DNA from: Clostridia bacterium
Lineage (GTDB): Bacteria > Bacillota > Clostridia > TANB77 > CAG-508
Direction: 5' to 3'
DNA length: 64,000 bases
Assembly (NCBI GenBank): GCA_017533795.1
Contig: JAFWIH010000015.1
Coordinates: forward strand, 46,907 to 110,906
Position numbers and translations under genes: made by a program. The notes under the pieces are model-generated. The model was not told the DNA's origin. It worked only from the letters and a program-made list of their open reading frames with translations, and did no database searches. The stretch's first letter is position 1, and every line of letters starts with the position of its first letter. This document shows, one piece after another, positions 41,931 through 51,561 of this stretch.

Positions 41931-43130
41931 ATTAAAAAAATTAGGATATGGCTTCTGTTAATAGAGATATTTCTCTTTATGACAATGTGTATTTCAGCGA
42001 TTTATGCAATGAGTGATCAAATGACTAATGGAGTTATTAGTACTGGTGCAGTAGATATCAAACTGGATATTTACAAATCAGACGGTCAAGGTCAAATGAT
42101 TGATTATGGTCAAGATGAAACAAAGCGTTTTCCTGGAGAAGTTATTTCATATATACCTCAGGTATCTAATATAGGGGAAAATTGCTACCTAAGAGTTAAA
42201 GTTGAATATGTTAATGATAGTGTAGATTTTTCAACCTATGTAACAGGTTTTTCAAATGAATTAACTAAAATTGGTGATTATTATTACTATAATAAGGTTT
42301 TTGACTCTAATGATGTCCTAAAAATATTTGATACAATCAAAATTCCTGAAAATATTACACAAATAACAGATAATAAAAAAATAAGAATAAAGATTATTGC
42401 ACAAGCAATACAAGAAAAGAATTTTGAACCAGATTATTCTTTAGGAGATCCTTGGAAAGGTATTAACCCTACAGAAAGTATAGATATTTCTCATGATATT
42501 GAAACAGATTTACAAATAGACATTAAGTATGAAGATGGAATAAAAGACGACTTTATAATACCAGCAGATTTCTTTGAAAACTTGAAAAAATCAATGCCAG
42601 GAGATTCTTTTACAAATAGTTTAGAAATAAGAAATCTAAATAAAAATGATGTGAAATATTTTTTAAGATTTACAACAGATGGATTAGTAGACAAAGATAT
42701 TGAGCTATTAAGTAAAATGAATTTAACTATTTTAAATCAATCAGGACAAGTTTTATATGAAGGAAAATTTCTTGAACAAAATAAAATTTTTCTTGGCGAA
42801 TTTAAGATAAATCAAACTGATAAATTAATTTTTAATGTATCAGTACCTTCAGATTTAGGAAATGATTATATATTGCTAAATCCAAAAGCTACTTTAATTT
42901 TTTCAGCAGAATATAAAGAAAAAGATATCATTAAGAGAAAAGACAAAAATACAAATCCTGAAACAGGGGATAAAATTGATTGGGCTATCACAATATTTTT
43001 AATTTCATCTATAGGTATGGTAATAGTAAGATTACTAGAATTTAGAGAAAGAGAAAATATTGATAGTATAAATTTAAAAAATAATAATATTAATCCGGTA
43101 AACGGAGAGAAAGGAGAAAAAGATGAATAG
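41931..43130 (+). CDS. SipW-dependent-type secreted protein with a C-terminal NPETG-TM-basic tail (candidate wall-anchored fibre base), apparent ATT start
   Basis: Only the ATT 41931 extension gives a proper signal peptide (KKIRIWLLLIEIFLFMTMCISAIYAMSDQMTNGVISTGAVDIKL). SD GGAAGTGA at 41917-41924. The C-terminus is TNPETGDKIDWAITIFLISSIGMVIVRLLEFRERE. Confidence 0.65.
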   Translation: MKKIRIWLLLIEIFLFMTMCISAIYAMSDQMTNGVISTGAVDIKLDIYKSDGQGQMIDYGQDETKRFPGEVISYIPQVSNIGENCYLRVKVEYVNDSVDFSTYVTGFSNELTKIGDYYYYNKVFDSNDVLKIFDTIKIPENITQITDNKKIRIKIIAQAIQEKNFEPDYSLGDPWKGINPTESIDISHDIETDLQIDIKYEDGIKDDFIIPADFFENLKKSMPGDSFTNSLEIRNLNKNDVKYFLRFTTDGLVDKDIELLSKMNLTILNQSGQVLYEGKFLEQNKIFLGEFKINQTDKLIFNVSVPSDLGNDYILLNPKATLIFSAEYKEKDIIKRKDKNTNPETGDKIDWAITIFLISSIGMVIVRLLEFRERENIDSINLKNNNINPVNGEKGEKDE

Positions 43131-43839
43131 GAAAAAGACAATCGCAGTTGCATTAGTACTTGCATTAATCCTAATTATAGGAGGTATGTTAGCTTACTTC
43201 ACAGATACAGACACAAAAACTAACGTATTTACTTTAGGTGATGAAGTAAACATTAGTTTAACAGAAGCAAACTGGGATACTACAGATAGTAATAGTGATG
43301 GTGTTCCAGATGCTGCAGAAGGATTACATCCTAATACAAAAATTAATAAAGACCCAGTAATTAATAATGAATCTACAACAACACCTGCATATGTATTTGC
43401 AGAAGTAATAGTTCCTTGCTATGATTCAGATGATGCTGATGCTCTTGCTGATAAACCACTATATAAACTTTTAGATTCAAGTGGTAATGCGTTAGGAACA
43501 ACTGTTGGTAGTGCAGGAAATAGTGGTTGGACATTAATTAGTGTTTCATCAGTAGACACTACAAATAAAACAATTACATATGTATATGCTTATGGAACAT
43601 CAAGTGCTATGACATCATTAGCAGCAAAACCACAAAGTGGAACATCATCAACACCAGCTGTGTTTAGTAAAGTACAAGTTGAACCAACATTAACATATGC
43701 ACAATCACAAACAGCAAGTGCAACACCAAATATTGTTGTAAATGCATATGGTATCCAAACAGATGGATTAGATGTAACAACACCAACAGATATATATGCT
43801 TTATTTAGTGCAAATAATTCAAATAATGGTGGTAACTAA
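43123..43839 (+). CDS. TasA/camelysin/BsaA-like SipW-dependent fibre subunit
   Basis: N-terminus MNRKKTIAVALVLALILIIGGMLAYFTDTDTKTNVFTLG matches the SipW-cognate signal pattern. Followed directly by sipW. Confidence 0.8.
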   Translation: MNRKKTIAVALVLALILIIGGMLAYFTDTDTKTNVFTLGDEVNISLTEANWDTTDSNSDGVPDAAEGLHPNTKINKDPVINNESTTTPAYVFAEVIVPCYDSDDADALADKPLYKLLDSSGNALGTTVGSAGNSGWTLISVSSVDTTNKTITYVYAYGTSSAMTSLAAKPQSGTSSTPAVFSKVQVEPTLTYAQSQTASATPNIVVNAYGIQTDGLDVTTPTDIYALFSANNSNNGGN

Positions 43840-43857
43840 TACAAGAGGTAGTACATT

Positions 43858-44355
43858 ATGAATTTATTTTTAAAAGTCATCAAGGGATTTATGAATTCCT
43901 TGATGACACTAGTTTTATTAATAGGAATAGTTTTTATCGCTCTATATATAATAGGTATAGAGCCATTCGTGGTGATTTCAGGTTCAATGGAACCTACAAT
44001 TCATACAGGAAGTTTAAGTTTTATTAATAAACATGCAAAATATGATTCAATAAAAGAAAATGATGTAATAGCATTTACTGTAGCAACAGGAGATAGAGTT
44101 ACACACAGAGTAATAAAAATAACTGGAGAAGGTTTTGAAACAAAAGGAGATGCTAATGATGCTTCAGATGGAATATCTACTACTAGAATGAACTTTATTG
44201 GTAAAAATATATTTTCAATTCCTTATGCTGGTTATGGAGTAAGAATAATACAAACTCCTAAAGGAAAAATAATTTTAGGAACAATAATTGTGATTATTTT
44301 ATTTTTAGGACTTGCAATAGGTGATAATAAAAAGGGGAAAAGATATAAAGAATAA
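43858..44355 (+). CDS. sipW: Signal peptidase I, SipW (ER/archaeal) type
   Basis: ISGSMEPTIHTGSL catalytic Ser box, downstream HRV His, C-terminal TM. 165 aa. Confidence 0.85.
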   Translation: MNLFLKVIKGFMNSLMTLVLLIGIVFIALYIIGIEPFVVISGSMEPTIHTGSLSFINKHAKYDSIKENDVIAFTVATGDRVTHRVIKITGEGFETKGDANDASDGISTTRMNFIGKNIFSIPYAGYGVRIIQTPKGKIILGTIIVIILFLGLAIGDNKKGKRYKE

Positions 44356-44374
44356 AGGCAAAACATGAGTTGCC

Positions 44375-44409
44375 TTAGGTAAGGATATTAAATTAGTATC
44401 TTTACCTAA
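44375..44409 (+). other. Hairpin in the sipW-adhesin intergenic region (no T-run)
   Basis: ttaggtaaggat / atctttacctaa gives a 12-bp stem with one G.U and an 11-nt loop. Confidence 0.35.
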
Positions 44410-44456
44410 AGTAATAATTGTAAAATTCCATAAGAAAGGAGGCTAATATTTAAGAA

Positions 44457-47255
44457 ATGAAATATAAAGGAAAACATTTTGAGAATAGCGTATTAACAAG
44501 TAAAAAACTTAAAGGGAAACATTTTGATACTAATAAAATTTTAAAAACTGGTTATAAAGATTTAAATTATTTCTTATTAATTATAATAATACTAATGATG
44601 ATTGCAACAAGCTTTAGTGATATGTTAGCCTACTTTACTTATGCAGACAATAGATGTAATGCTTTTTCAATAGATGCAGAATATCAAATTGAATTTAATG
44701 CAAACACAGGAACAGGAACGATGTCTAATCAAACAATATCCTATAATGTCGCGACAAACTTAAATACTAATACATATACTAAATCAGGATTTGCATTTGA
44801 TGGATGGAATACAGAACCTGATGGTTCAGGAACATCATATGCAGATGGAGAAGCTGTAACAAACCTTATAGGACAAAATAACCAAAATGTAGTATTATAT
44901 GCACAATGGACAACAGAAACAAATGTAGCCGAAGTTGTAGGTGTTGGAAAATATGAAACGTTGCATGAAGCTATAACAGTTGCTCAAAGCTTAAGTGGTC
45001 ATCAAACAGTAAGACTATTAAAGAATATAGAGTTAGCAACAGCAGTTACGATTTCACAATCAAAAAACATAACATTAGATCTTCAAAACTATACACTAAA
45101 GAATCAGCAGGGTAGCGGTATTAATATTATAATAAATAAAGGAACACTTGAAATAGTAGGTGGAGTAAATGGAACAATAACATCAGATGCTGCTTTTGGT
45201 ACAATTAATAATGAAGATAATGGACATTTGACAGTAAGTAGTGGAAATATTATTGCAACAGGAGAAAGACAAGCAATTTATAATTCAGGTGCAACAGTAG
45301 AAATAACGGGAACTGCGTATTTAGAATCATCTGCATCAGATAGAGCAACAATTCAAAACTATAAGCCAAATAATAAAAATGCTGGAACAATTACAATTTC
45401 AGGAGGAACAATAGTTTCAAAAAGTACTACAACAAAAGGAGCTGTTCAAAATGAAGTGACAGGAACAGTAATAGTAACAGGAGGAACAATTATTTCAGAA
45501 AATAATATGGGTATAGATAATGCGGCTACTCTTATTATTGGAACAGAAGATGATGATATAGATGTAACTACACCGACAATTCAAGGAGTAAATTATGGTG
45601 TAAGAACAACCGGTACAGGAACAGTAGAATTTTATAATGGAACAGTAAAAGGACAAACACATGCATTTAATGATGAAAATTATATAACAGATACTGAAAC
45701 AGATTGTAGTATAGGACGCTCAACAGAAACAATAAGTGGAGATACTTATGAAACAGCATTCTTAAATTATGATAGATTACCAATAACATTTAATGCAAAT
45801 GGTGGAACACCAGCAGAGACCATAGTACATATAGATTATAATACGGCGATAGGAGCCAATATGCCACAAAATCCAACAAGAACACATTATACATTTGACG
45901 GATGGTATACAGATCCAGATCCAAATGCTGGAACTCAAATTACAAGTGCTACAGTTGTAACATCAAGAGAAACATATTATGCACATTGGACAAAAACAGA
46001 AGCAGAAGTAACATTTAATGCAAATGGTGGAACAATGGATGGAACTAATGAAGAAGAGACAGTAGTAGTAAATATAGGTTCATCAATAGGAAGTGTAAAT
46101 TTACCAACACCAACGAGACATTATAAGAGCTTTGTAGGATGGTATACAGATCCAAATGGTGGTACATTAATTGATGGAACAGAAACAATTTTGCAAGATG
46201 TAACATATTATGCACATTGGACAGCACAAATGGTAACAGTAAACTTTGATCCAAATACAGGAACAATTCCACAAGTAGATGCATCAAGAACAGTAGCAGC
46301 TGGAGACCCTGTAGGCACATTACCAACAACAGCTACAAAAGCAAATCAAAATTTTGTAGGATGGTATACAGATCCAACAGATGGAACGAAAATCGATGAA
46401 AACGAAATAATTGGAGATACTACAGTAACATTCTATGCACATTGGATATCAAATGCGGTAGCAAGAATTGGAGCAGTTCATTATGCTAAATTACAAGATG
46501 CAATAGACGATGTACCAACAGATAATACTCAAACAACAATAACAATGATAAAAGATGACCTTGAAGCAGTTTACATAGCAGCAAACAAAAATATTATATT
46601 AGATTTAGATGGACATAAATTGTATAATGATGGAAGCAAAAACGCAAAAAGTATGAATGACAATTCAAATAGACCATCTGTAATAGAAAACTTAGGAACA
46701 CTTAAGATAATGAATGGAACAATGACTGCAAACTCAAAACAACCAGCTATTAATACAGGTACAGGAGATGTAATTATAGAAAATGTGACAATTACACATA
46801 CCGGAACATCAAGCCAAAATGTAAAACAAGCAATTTCTCTTCACTCAGGAACACTTACAATAACAGGAAATTCAGTATTAAGTGCAAATAATTCCGGAAC
46901 GTATGGAGGTTATAACAGAGGTGTAATTCAAGTAATATCAGGAACAGCTAGAATTTTAGGAGGAACAATAACATCAGCAACAGGCCCTGGAATAGTAAAT
47001 CAAGCAGGAGGAACACTTATACTTGGAACAGAAGACGGAACAGCAGGTAATACAACGCCAGTAATTCAAAGTAAGACATATGGAGTATTGACTAGTGGAA
47101 CAGGCTCAACATTCAATTTCTATGATGGAATTGTAAAAGGTATTACAGGATCAATAAGTGGTACTGTAGCAGATTACGAGGACGGAGCTTTAAGAGTGGA
47201 TACGACAGAAGTAATTAATCCAAATACATATCAAGTAACATACTATACAAATTAA
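44457..47255 (+). CDS. 932-aa surface protein with a SipW-type signal, four Listeria-Bacteroides (Flg_new-type) repeats and two beta-helix-like modules
   Basis: TM then MLAYFTYADNRCNAFSI. Repeats of the form FNANGGT...F.GWYTDP...YAHW occur four times. There are two ~250-aa G/T/N-rich modules, each ending TP.IQ...YGV.T.GTG...FY.G.VKG. Confidence 0.75.
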   Translation: MKYKGKHFENSVLTSKKLKGKHFDTNKILKTGYKDLNYFLLIIIILMMIATSFSDMLAYFTYADNRCNAFSIDAEYQIEFNANTGTGTMSNQTISYNVATNLNTNTYTKSGFAFDGWNTEPDGSGTSYADGEAVTNLIGQNNQNVVLYAQWTTETNVAEVVGVGKYETLHEAITVAQSLSGHQTVRLLKNIELATAVTISQSKNITLDLQNYTLKNQQGSGINIIINKGTLEIVGGVNGTITSDAAFGTINNEDNGHLTVSSGNIIATGERQAIYNSGATVEITGTAYLESSASDRATIQNYKPNNKNAGTITISGGTIVSKSTTTKGAVQNEVTGTVIVTGGTIISENNMGIDNAATLIIGTEDDDIDVTTPTIQGVNYGVRTTGTGTVEFYNGTVKGQTHAFNDENYITDTETDCSIGRSTETISGDTYETAFLNYDRLPITFNANGGTPAETIVHIDYNTAIGANMPQNPTRTHYTFDGWYTDPDPNAGTQITSATVVTSRETYYAHWTKTEAEVTFNANGGTMDGTNEEETVVVNIGSSIGSVNLPTPTRHYKSFVGWYTDPNGGTLIDGTETILQDVTYYAHWTAQMVTVNFDPNTGTIPQVDASRTVAAGDPVGTLPTTATKANQNFVGWYTDPTDGTKIDENEIIGDTTVTFYAHWISNAVARIGAVHYAKLQDAIDDVPTDNTQTTITMIKDDLEAVYIAANKNIILDLDGHKLYNDGSKNAKSMNDNSNRPSVIENLGTLKIMNGTMTANSKQPAINTGTGDVIIENVTITHTGTSSQNVKQAISLHSGTLTITGNSVLSANNSGTYGGYNRGVIQVISGTARILGGTITSATGPGIVNQAGGTLILGTEDGTAGNTTPVIQSKTYGVLTSGTGSTFNFYDGIVKGITGSISGTVADYEDGALRVDTTEVINPNTYQVTYYTN

Positions 47256-47285
47256 TAAACTAAAGATAAATAATAAAGCTAAAAA

Positions 47286-47318
47286 ACAATCACCTATAAT
47301 AAGGGTGATTGTTTTTTA
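47286..47318 (+). terminator. Intrinsic terminator after the adhesin gene
   Basis: acaatcacc-loop-ggtgattgt followed by ttttt. Confidence 0.75.
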
Positions 47319-47391
47319 GTTTATTATTAGAATTTATGGTTTTATAATATTAGTTAAAGAGGATAAATACTTTAACTTTATGATATTAAGC

Positions 47392-47433
47392 AAAAAAAAG
47401 TCATTAATTAAGAGATAACTCAAAACTAATGAC
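47392..47433 (-). terminator. Probable terminator of the three-tRNA operon
   Basis: The minus strand shows GTCATTA...TAATGAC followed by T8. The stem is short and the loop long. Confidence 0.4.
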
Positions 47434-47441
47434 CTTTATAA

Positions 47442-47517
<76 letters not shown>

Positions 47518-47523
47518 GTCTTA

Positions 47524-47598
47524 TGGTGACCCGTACGGGAATCGAACCCATGTCTCCGCCGTGAAAGGGCGGTGTCTTAACCGCTTGACCAACGGGCC
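47524..47598 (-). tRNA. tRNA-Glu (anticodon UUC)
   Basis: Reverse complement GGCCCGTTGGTCAAGCGGTTAAGACACCGCCCTTTCACGGCGG...CCA. Anticodon loop CTTTCAC. Confidence 0.9.
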
Positions 47599-47630
47599 GT
47601 GTAAGAACTAAAATTAATATTTTAGTTCTT

Positions 47631-47706
47631 TGGTGAGCCATCCGCGACTCGAACGCGGGACAACTTGATTAAAAGTCAAGTGCTCTACCACCTGAGCTAA
47701 TGGCCC
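47631..47706 (-). tRNA. tRNA-Lys (anticodon UUU)
   Basis: Reverse complement GGGCCATTAGCTCAGGTGGTAGAGCACTTGACTTTTAATCAAG...CCA. Anticodon loop CTTTTAA. Confidence 0.9.
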
Positions 47707-47783
47707 ATGTACGATGTAATGTTACACAACGCTACTATATATTACAATATTTTTGGCCCGTTGTCAATATTTTTTTGAAAAAA

Positions 47784-47969
47784 TTATGAATTTAATTTTT
47801 CTACAACCTCATTTACATCAATTCCATGTACTGCACAAGCTTCTTCAAGTGTTTCCATTTGTGATGCTGGACAACCTAAGCAATGCATGCCTATTTCTAA
47901 TAATACATCGGCTTTTTCTGGTGCAACTTCCAAGATATAACCTATTTGTGTATCTTTATCAAATTTCAT
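47784..47969 (-). CDS. DUF1858-type small redox-disulfide protein
   Basis: 61 aa with GMHCLGCPASQMETLEEA. Confidence 0.7.
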   Translation of the reverse strand: MKFDKDTQIGYILEVAPEKADVLLEIGMHCLGCPASQMETLEEACAVHGIDVNEVVEKLNS

Positions 47970-48088
47970 AGTTAACCTCCTTGTATTTAATTTAAAAATT
48001 TATAATATTTTATCATAAAATTTAAGAAAAGTATAGACAAAATTGAAAAAATGTAGTATTATGGTAAAAAATGTAAGGCGGTGATTAA

Positions 48089-48247
48089 ATTAATACTTTA
48101 GTAAATTTATTTTTTATATCATTTATTATTAATATTTTCATAACATTTTATACAATTTACACAATCATTGAGATTAAAGTTTTTCATAATCTACAGGGTT
48201 CCAAATTAAAAATAAAACAAAAGAATATAGATAAAGGAGGTGTTTAA
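48089..48247 (+). CDS. Candidate 52-aa single-TM peptide, apparent ATT start, stop overlapping the T4CP RBS
   Basis: 53-codon open frame in very AT-rich DNA. SD-like AAGGCGGTGA at 48075-48084. Product INTLVNLFFISFIINIFITFYTIYTIIEIKVFHNLQGSKLKIKQKNIDKGGV. Confidence 0.3.
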   Translation: MNTLVNLFFISFIINIFITFYTIYTIIEIKVFHNLQGSKLKIKQKNIDKGGV

Positions 48248-48250
48248 AAG

Positions 48251-48889
48251 ATTAAGCATTTTTTTCATGTGGCATTTTTAATTATTACTGTGTTTTTTTC
48301 TTGCTTATTAGTTTTAAAAGTGTTTGAACCAATCTATATATCTAAAGAAGTTGTAATAAATTTTGGACTGAAACCATTCGATATATGTAAAGAAAACATA
48401 ATTTTATGGAATTATATAAAAAAAACCTATATTATAACGCTTATTTTTTCAAGTTTAGTAATTAATAATTCTATTTATAATAGCTTTGTAAAATCAAGAA
48501 TATTATCCTTAAATTTCAAAAATAAATTAAATATAAGAAAAAGTATTGAGAACAGCAAGAGTAATATTAAATTACTTATTGGTTATGACAAAGATACAAA
48601 TAGCAATGTATATATTCCAGAACAAGGTCTATATCAAAACTTTTTAATTACAGGTACGATAGGAACTGGAAAGACAAGCTCTGCAATGTACCCATTTACA
48701 AGACAACTTATGGAATATAATAGTAAAAACATCAAGAAAAAGATAGGGATGTTAATATTAGATGTTAAAGGTAATTATTATAATCAAGTAAAAGAATATG
48801 CTAAAAAATTTGGAATACAAGAAGATGTAGTTGTTTTAGAAGTAAATTCGAATATAAAGTATAATCCTTTACATAAACCACGGACTTAA
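48251..48889 (+). CDS. Type IV coupling protein (VirD4/TraG-TraD family), N-terminal part, ending at a +1 frame break
   Basis: Two N-terminal TM segments. Walker A ITGTIGTGKTSSAMYP. Ends ...YNPLHKP-CGG-ACT-TAA. The likely start is ATT 48251, behind GGAGGTG; the track start GTG 48269 is 28 nt from the SD. Confidence 0.75.
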   Translation: MKHFFHVAFLIITVFFSCLLVLKVFEPIYISKEVVINFGLKPFDICKENIILWNYIKKTYIITLIFSSLVINNSIYNSFVKSRILSLNFKNKLNIRKSIENSKSNIKLLIGYDKDTNSNVYIPEQGLYQNFLITGTIGTGKTSSAMYPFTRQLMEYNSKNIKKKIGMLILDVKGNYYNQVKEYAKKFGIQEDVVVLEVNSNIKYNPLHKPRT

Positions 48890-48899
48890 ACCCCAAATA

Positions 48900-49982
48900 T
48901 TGGCGAATAGATTAAAAACAATTCTTATGTTATTTTCAGAAAATAATACAGAATCATTTTGGCTAGATAAAGCAGAACAAGTACTAACAGAAAGTATCAA
49001 ATTTTGTAGACTATATAACAATGGTTATGTAACTTTTTTAGAGATTCATAAATTAGTTACGTTACCTAATTACTATAAAGAGAAAATAGAGATCTTAAGA
49101 AAACTGTTTATTTCTTCAAAATTATCTCTTCGAAATATTTATGATTTAAATAGTAGTTTGGATTTTTTTCAAAATGAATTTAGTAAATTAGACCCTAGAA
49201 CTATAGCAATTATAAAATCAGAAATAACGCGTATTACGTCAATCTTTGTTTCAGATTATGAAATATCTAAAACTTTTTGTCCAAAAAAAGAAGAACTTAC
49301 ATTCAATGGATTTTCAGATCTTATAAAAAAAGGAAAAATCTTAGTATTAAATATTAATATTGCGGAATATAGAAACCTTTCAAAAATAATTGCTGCATAT
49401 CTAAAATTAGATTTTCAAACAGAAATTATGTCAAATTTATCAAAAAATAAAGTTAAAACTACAGCATTTATTTGTGATGAATATGCAGAATATGTAACAA
49501 AAACAGATAGCGAATTTTTTTCTTTAAGTAGAGAAGCAAAATGCATTAATATAATAAGCACGCAAAGTTTTTCGTCAATAAAAAACACACTTAAAGATGA
49601 ATCAACTGTAAAAGTGATAGTACAAAATCTTATTAATAAAATTTGGTTTAGAACGGATGATACTATGACAGTAGAAGAAGCACAAAAACAGTTTGGAAAA
49701 GAAGAAAAAATTAGAACTTCTAAAAGTATTTCTGAAAATGCAAAAGAGACACATTATAATTACATAACAAAAACTTTAAACTCAAAAAATTCAAGTGTAT
49801 CAGAATCTTTTAATACATACACACAAAATGATTTTTTATTTGATACTAGTGAATTTACACAAAACTTAGAAACATTTACAGCACTTACATTTTTATCTGA
49901 TGGAACAAAAATATTGAAGCCATCAAAACTCAAAATGTATCCGTATTTTTTAGAAATGAAAGGAGATTTATATGAGAAATAA
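48900..49982 (+). CDS. Type IV coupling protein, C-terminal part (the reading frame is open from 48858 and continues the protein from GGA at 48882)
   Basis: Walker B-like TAFICDEYAEYV and IISTQSFSSIK. The frame is +1 relative to 48251..48889. Confidence 0.75.
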   Translation: MANRLKTILMLFSENNTESFWLDKAEQVLTESIKFCRLYNNGYVTFLEIHKLVTLPNYYKEKIEILRKLFISSKLSLRNIYDLNSSLDFFQNEFSKLDPRTIAIIKSEITRITSIFVSDYEISKTFCPKKEELTFNGFSDLIKKGKILVLNINIAEYRNLSKIIAAYLKLDFQTEIMSNLSKNKVKTTAFICDEYAEYVTKTDSEFFSLSREAKCINIISTQSFSSIKNTLKDESTVKVIVQNLINKIWFRTDDTMTVEEAQKQFGKEEKIRTSKSISENAKETHYNYITKTLNSKNSSVSESFNTYTQNDFLFDTSEFTQNLETFTALTFLSDGTKILKPSKLKMYPYFLEMKGDLYEK

Positions 49983-50301
49983 AATAAAATTTTATATATT
50001 ATTTGGAGAAATGTTTATTATTATATTAATATTCTCACTTTCTTCAAAAAATTATGCCGCGACTCCAAAGCTTGTTAGTACTATAACAAAAGCTTTTGAA
50101 GATATAGAAGATTGGCTTATGAAAATTGCTACACCTGCAGCAGCCGTAGCAGTTGGAACAGGTATATTCATGAGAAAGTTTAGTTTTGGTGATGAAGAAA
50201 GAATACGTATGGGAAAAAAGATAATAAGAGGATCATTATTCTCTTATGCATTTATTTTAGCTATTGACTTAATTCTATCTGCAATTAAATCTTTAATATA
50301 A
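49972..50301 (+). CDS. VirB2/TrbC-like pilin-type small membrane protein (fifth, divergent copy)
   Basis: Signal peptide (..KNYA/ATPK), then two hydrophobic helices separated by a charged loop (FSFGDEERIRMGKK). Confidence 0.5.
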   Translation: MRNKIKFYILFGEMFIIILIFSLSSKNYAATPKLVSTITKAFEDIEDWLMKIATPAAAVAVGTGIFMRKFSFGDEERIRMGKKIIRGSLFSYAFILAIDLILSAIKSLI

Positions 50302-50314
50302 TAGGGGTGATGTA

Positions 50315-51196
50315 TTGAACGAAACAGCAAATAATGTTACAGAGAACATAATAAATACAATAAACACAATATTTGAAAATCTTTTTTCTTCAATAGACAA
50401 TAATTTATACTCCATTTTGGATGATATAACATTTATTACATCAGATATTATAAAAGATAAACAATTTGAAAAAATATTAGGGACTGGAACAACTAACGGT
50501 ATACTACTAATTGCAAATTCTCTATTAATAGGGGTAATTATATATTATGGTATAAAATTACTACTTTCTAATTTTACATATTCACAAACAGAGATGCCAA
50601 CTCAATTTATATTTAAACTACTTATTTTTGGAATATGTATGAATTCTTCATATTTTATAATAGAAGAATTCATAGGAATAATATCAAGTATTTCACAAGC
50701 CATAAGAGATATTGGAGAAGATCTATTTGGCAAAAATATATGCTTTGCAGAATTAATAACAACTATAAATAATTCAGCATCTTTTAATACCGCTTCTATA
50801 AACATATTTTCAATTGACGGATTAATAAAAGGAACATTAACATTATCAATTTTGGGATTAGTTTTTACGTATGCACTAAGATATATTATGATAAAAGTAT
50901 TTATACTTTTAAGTCCTTTTGCGTTTTTAACTTTGGCCCAGAATTCGACAGCATGGTTTTTCAAATCTTGGATAAAGAGTATATTTTCCTTGTTATTTAT
51001 ACAAGTAATAGTTTCAATAATCTTGGTGATAATGTTTTCTATGGATTTTTCTAGTAACAATTTATTGAATAAGCTTTTATATGTAGGAGGAATATATGCA
51101 TTAATTCGTGCTAATTCTTTTGTAAGAGAATTTATTGGAGGAGTTTCCACAGATATTCAATCAAATGTGGGAAACTTATTTAAGTTTTATAAATAA
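50315..51196 (+). CDS. VirB6/TrbL-like polytopic membrane protein (short form)
   Basis: About six TM segments. Position between the pilin-like and PrgI-like genes. Assigned from topology and context. Confidence 0.5.
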   Translation: MNETANNVTENIINTINTIFENLFSSIDNNLYSILDDITFITSDIIKDKQFEKILGTGTTNGILLIANSLLIGVIIYYGIKLLLSNFTYSQTEMPTQFIFKLLIFGICMNSSYFIIEEFIGIISSISQAIRDIGEDLFGKNICFAELITTINNSASFNTASINIFSIDGLIKGTLTLSILGLVFTYALRYIMIKVFILLSPFAFLTLAQNSTAWFFKSWIKSIFSLLFIQVIVSIILVIMFSMDFSSNNLLNKLLYVGGIYALIRANSFVREFIGGVSTDIQSNVGNLFKFYK

Positions 51197-51216
51197 AGTG
51201 AAAAGGAGAGAGTTAA

Positions 51217-51498
51217 ATGAAATTTGTTTTTCCACAAAACTATAACTTTAAAAGTAAGATATTAGGATTTATAGATTATAGTACAGCAATAGTTGATGTA
51301 ATATGGGCAATTTTATTATTTGGACTATTAAAAATATTTAAGATTAGTATTAATTTTAAAATATGTATATTTGTAATTATGTTTTTTCCTGTGTTGCTAT
51401 TTAGCATAGTCGGATTTAATGGAGAAAACATTATAAATGTATGTTGTTATTTAACAAAATATATAATAAAACCCAAAGTTTTATTATATAAAAAATAA
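51217..51498 (+). CDS. PrgI/TcpE-like small two-TM T4SS protein (copy 2)
   Basis: 93 aa with two TM helices. The N-terminus KSKILGFIDYSTAIVDVIWAILLFGLL resembles the 16278..16625 architecture. Confidence 0.5.
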   Translation: MKFVFPQNYNFKSKILGFIDYSTAIVDVIWAILLFGLLKIFKISINFKICIFVIMFFPVLLFSIVGFNGENIINVCCYLTKYIIKPKVLLYKK

Positions 51499-51561
51499 TT
51501 TACTTTTAGACAAAAAAGTGATATAATTTGACAAAGTTTGAAGAATATAAGGAGACAGGTT

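Noticed and set aside
47753-47971. 72-aa plus-strand ORF overlapping the DUF1858 gene.
   Set aside because: It lies antisense to a 61-aa ORF with a clear CxxC DUF1858 motif and an RBS. The plus-strand product has no features.
48858-48889. Treating the T4CP and DnaI-like splits as ordinary sequencing indels.
   Set aside because: Neither site is in a homopolymer and both share the same A-CGG-A context at an otherwise unused codon. Without reads this is not excluded, so it is kept as the refutation test.
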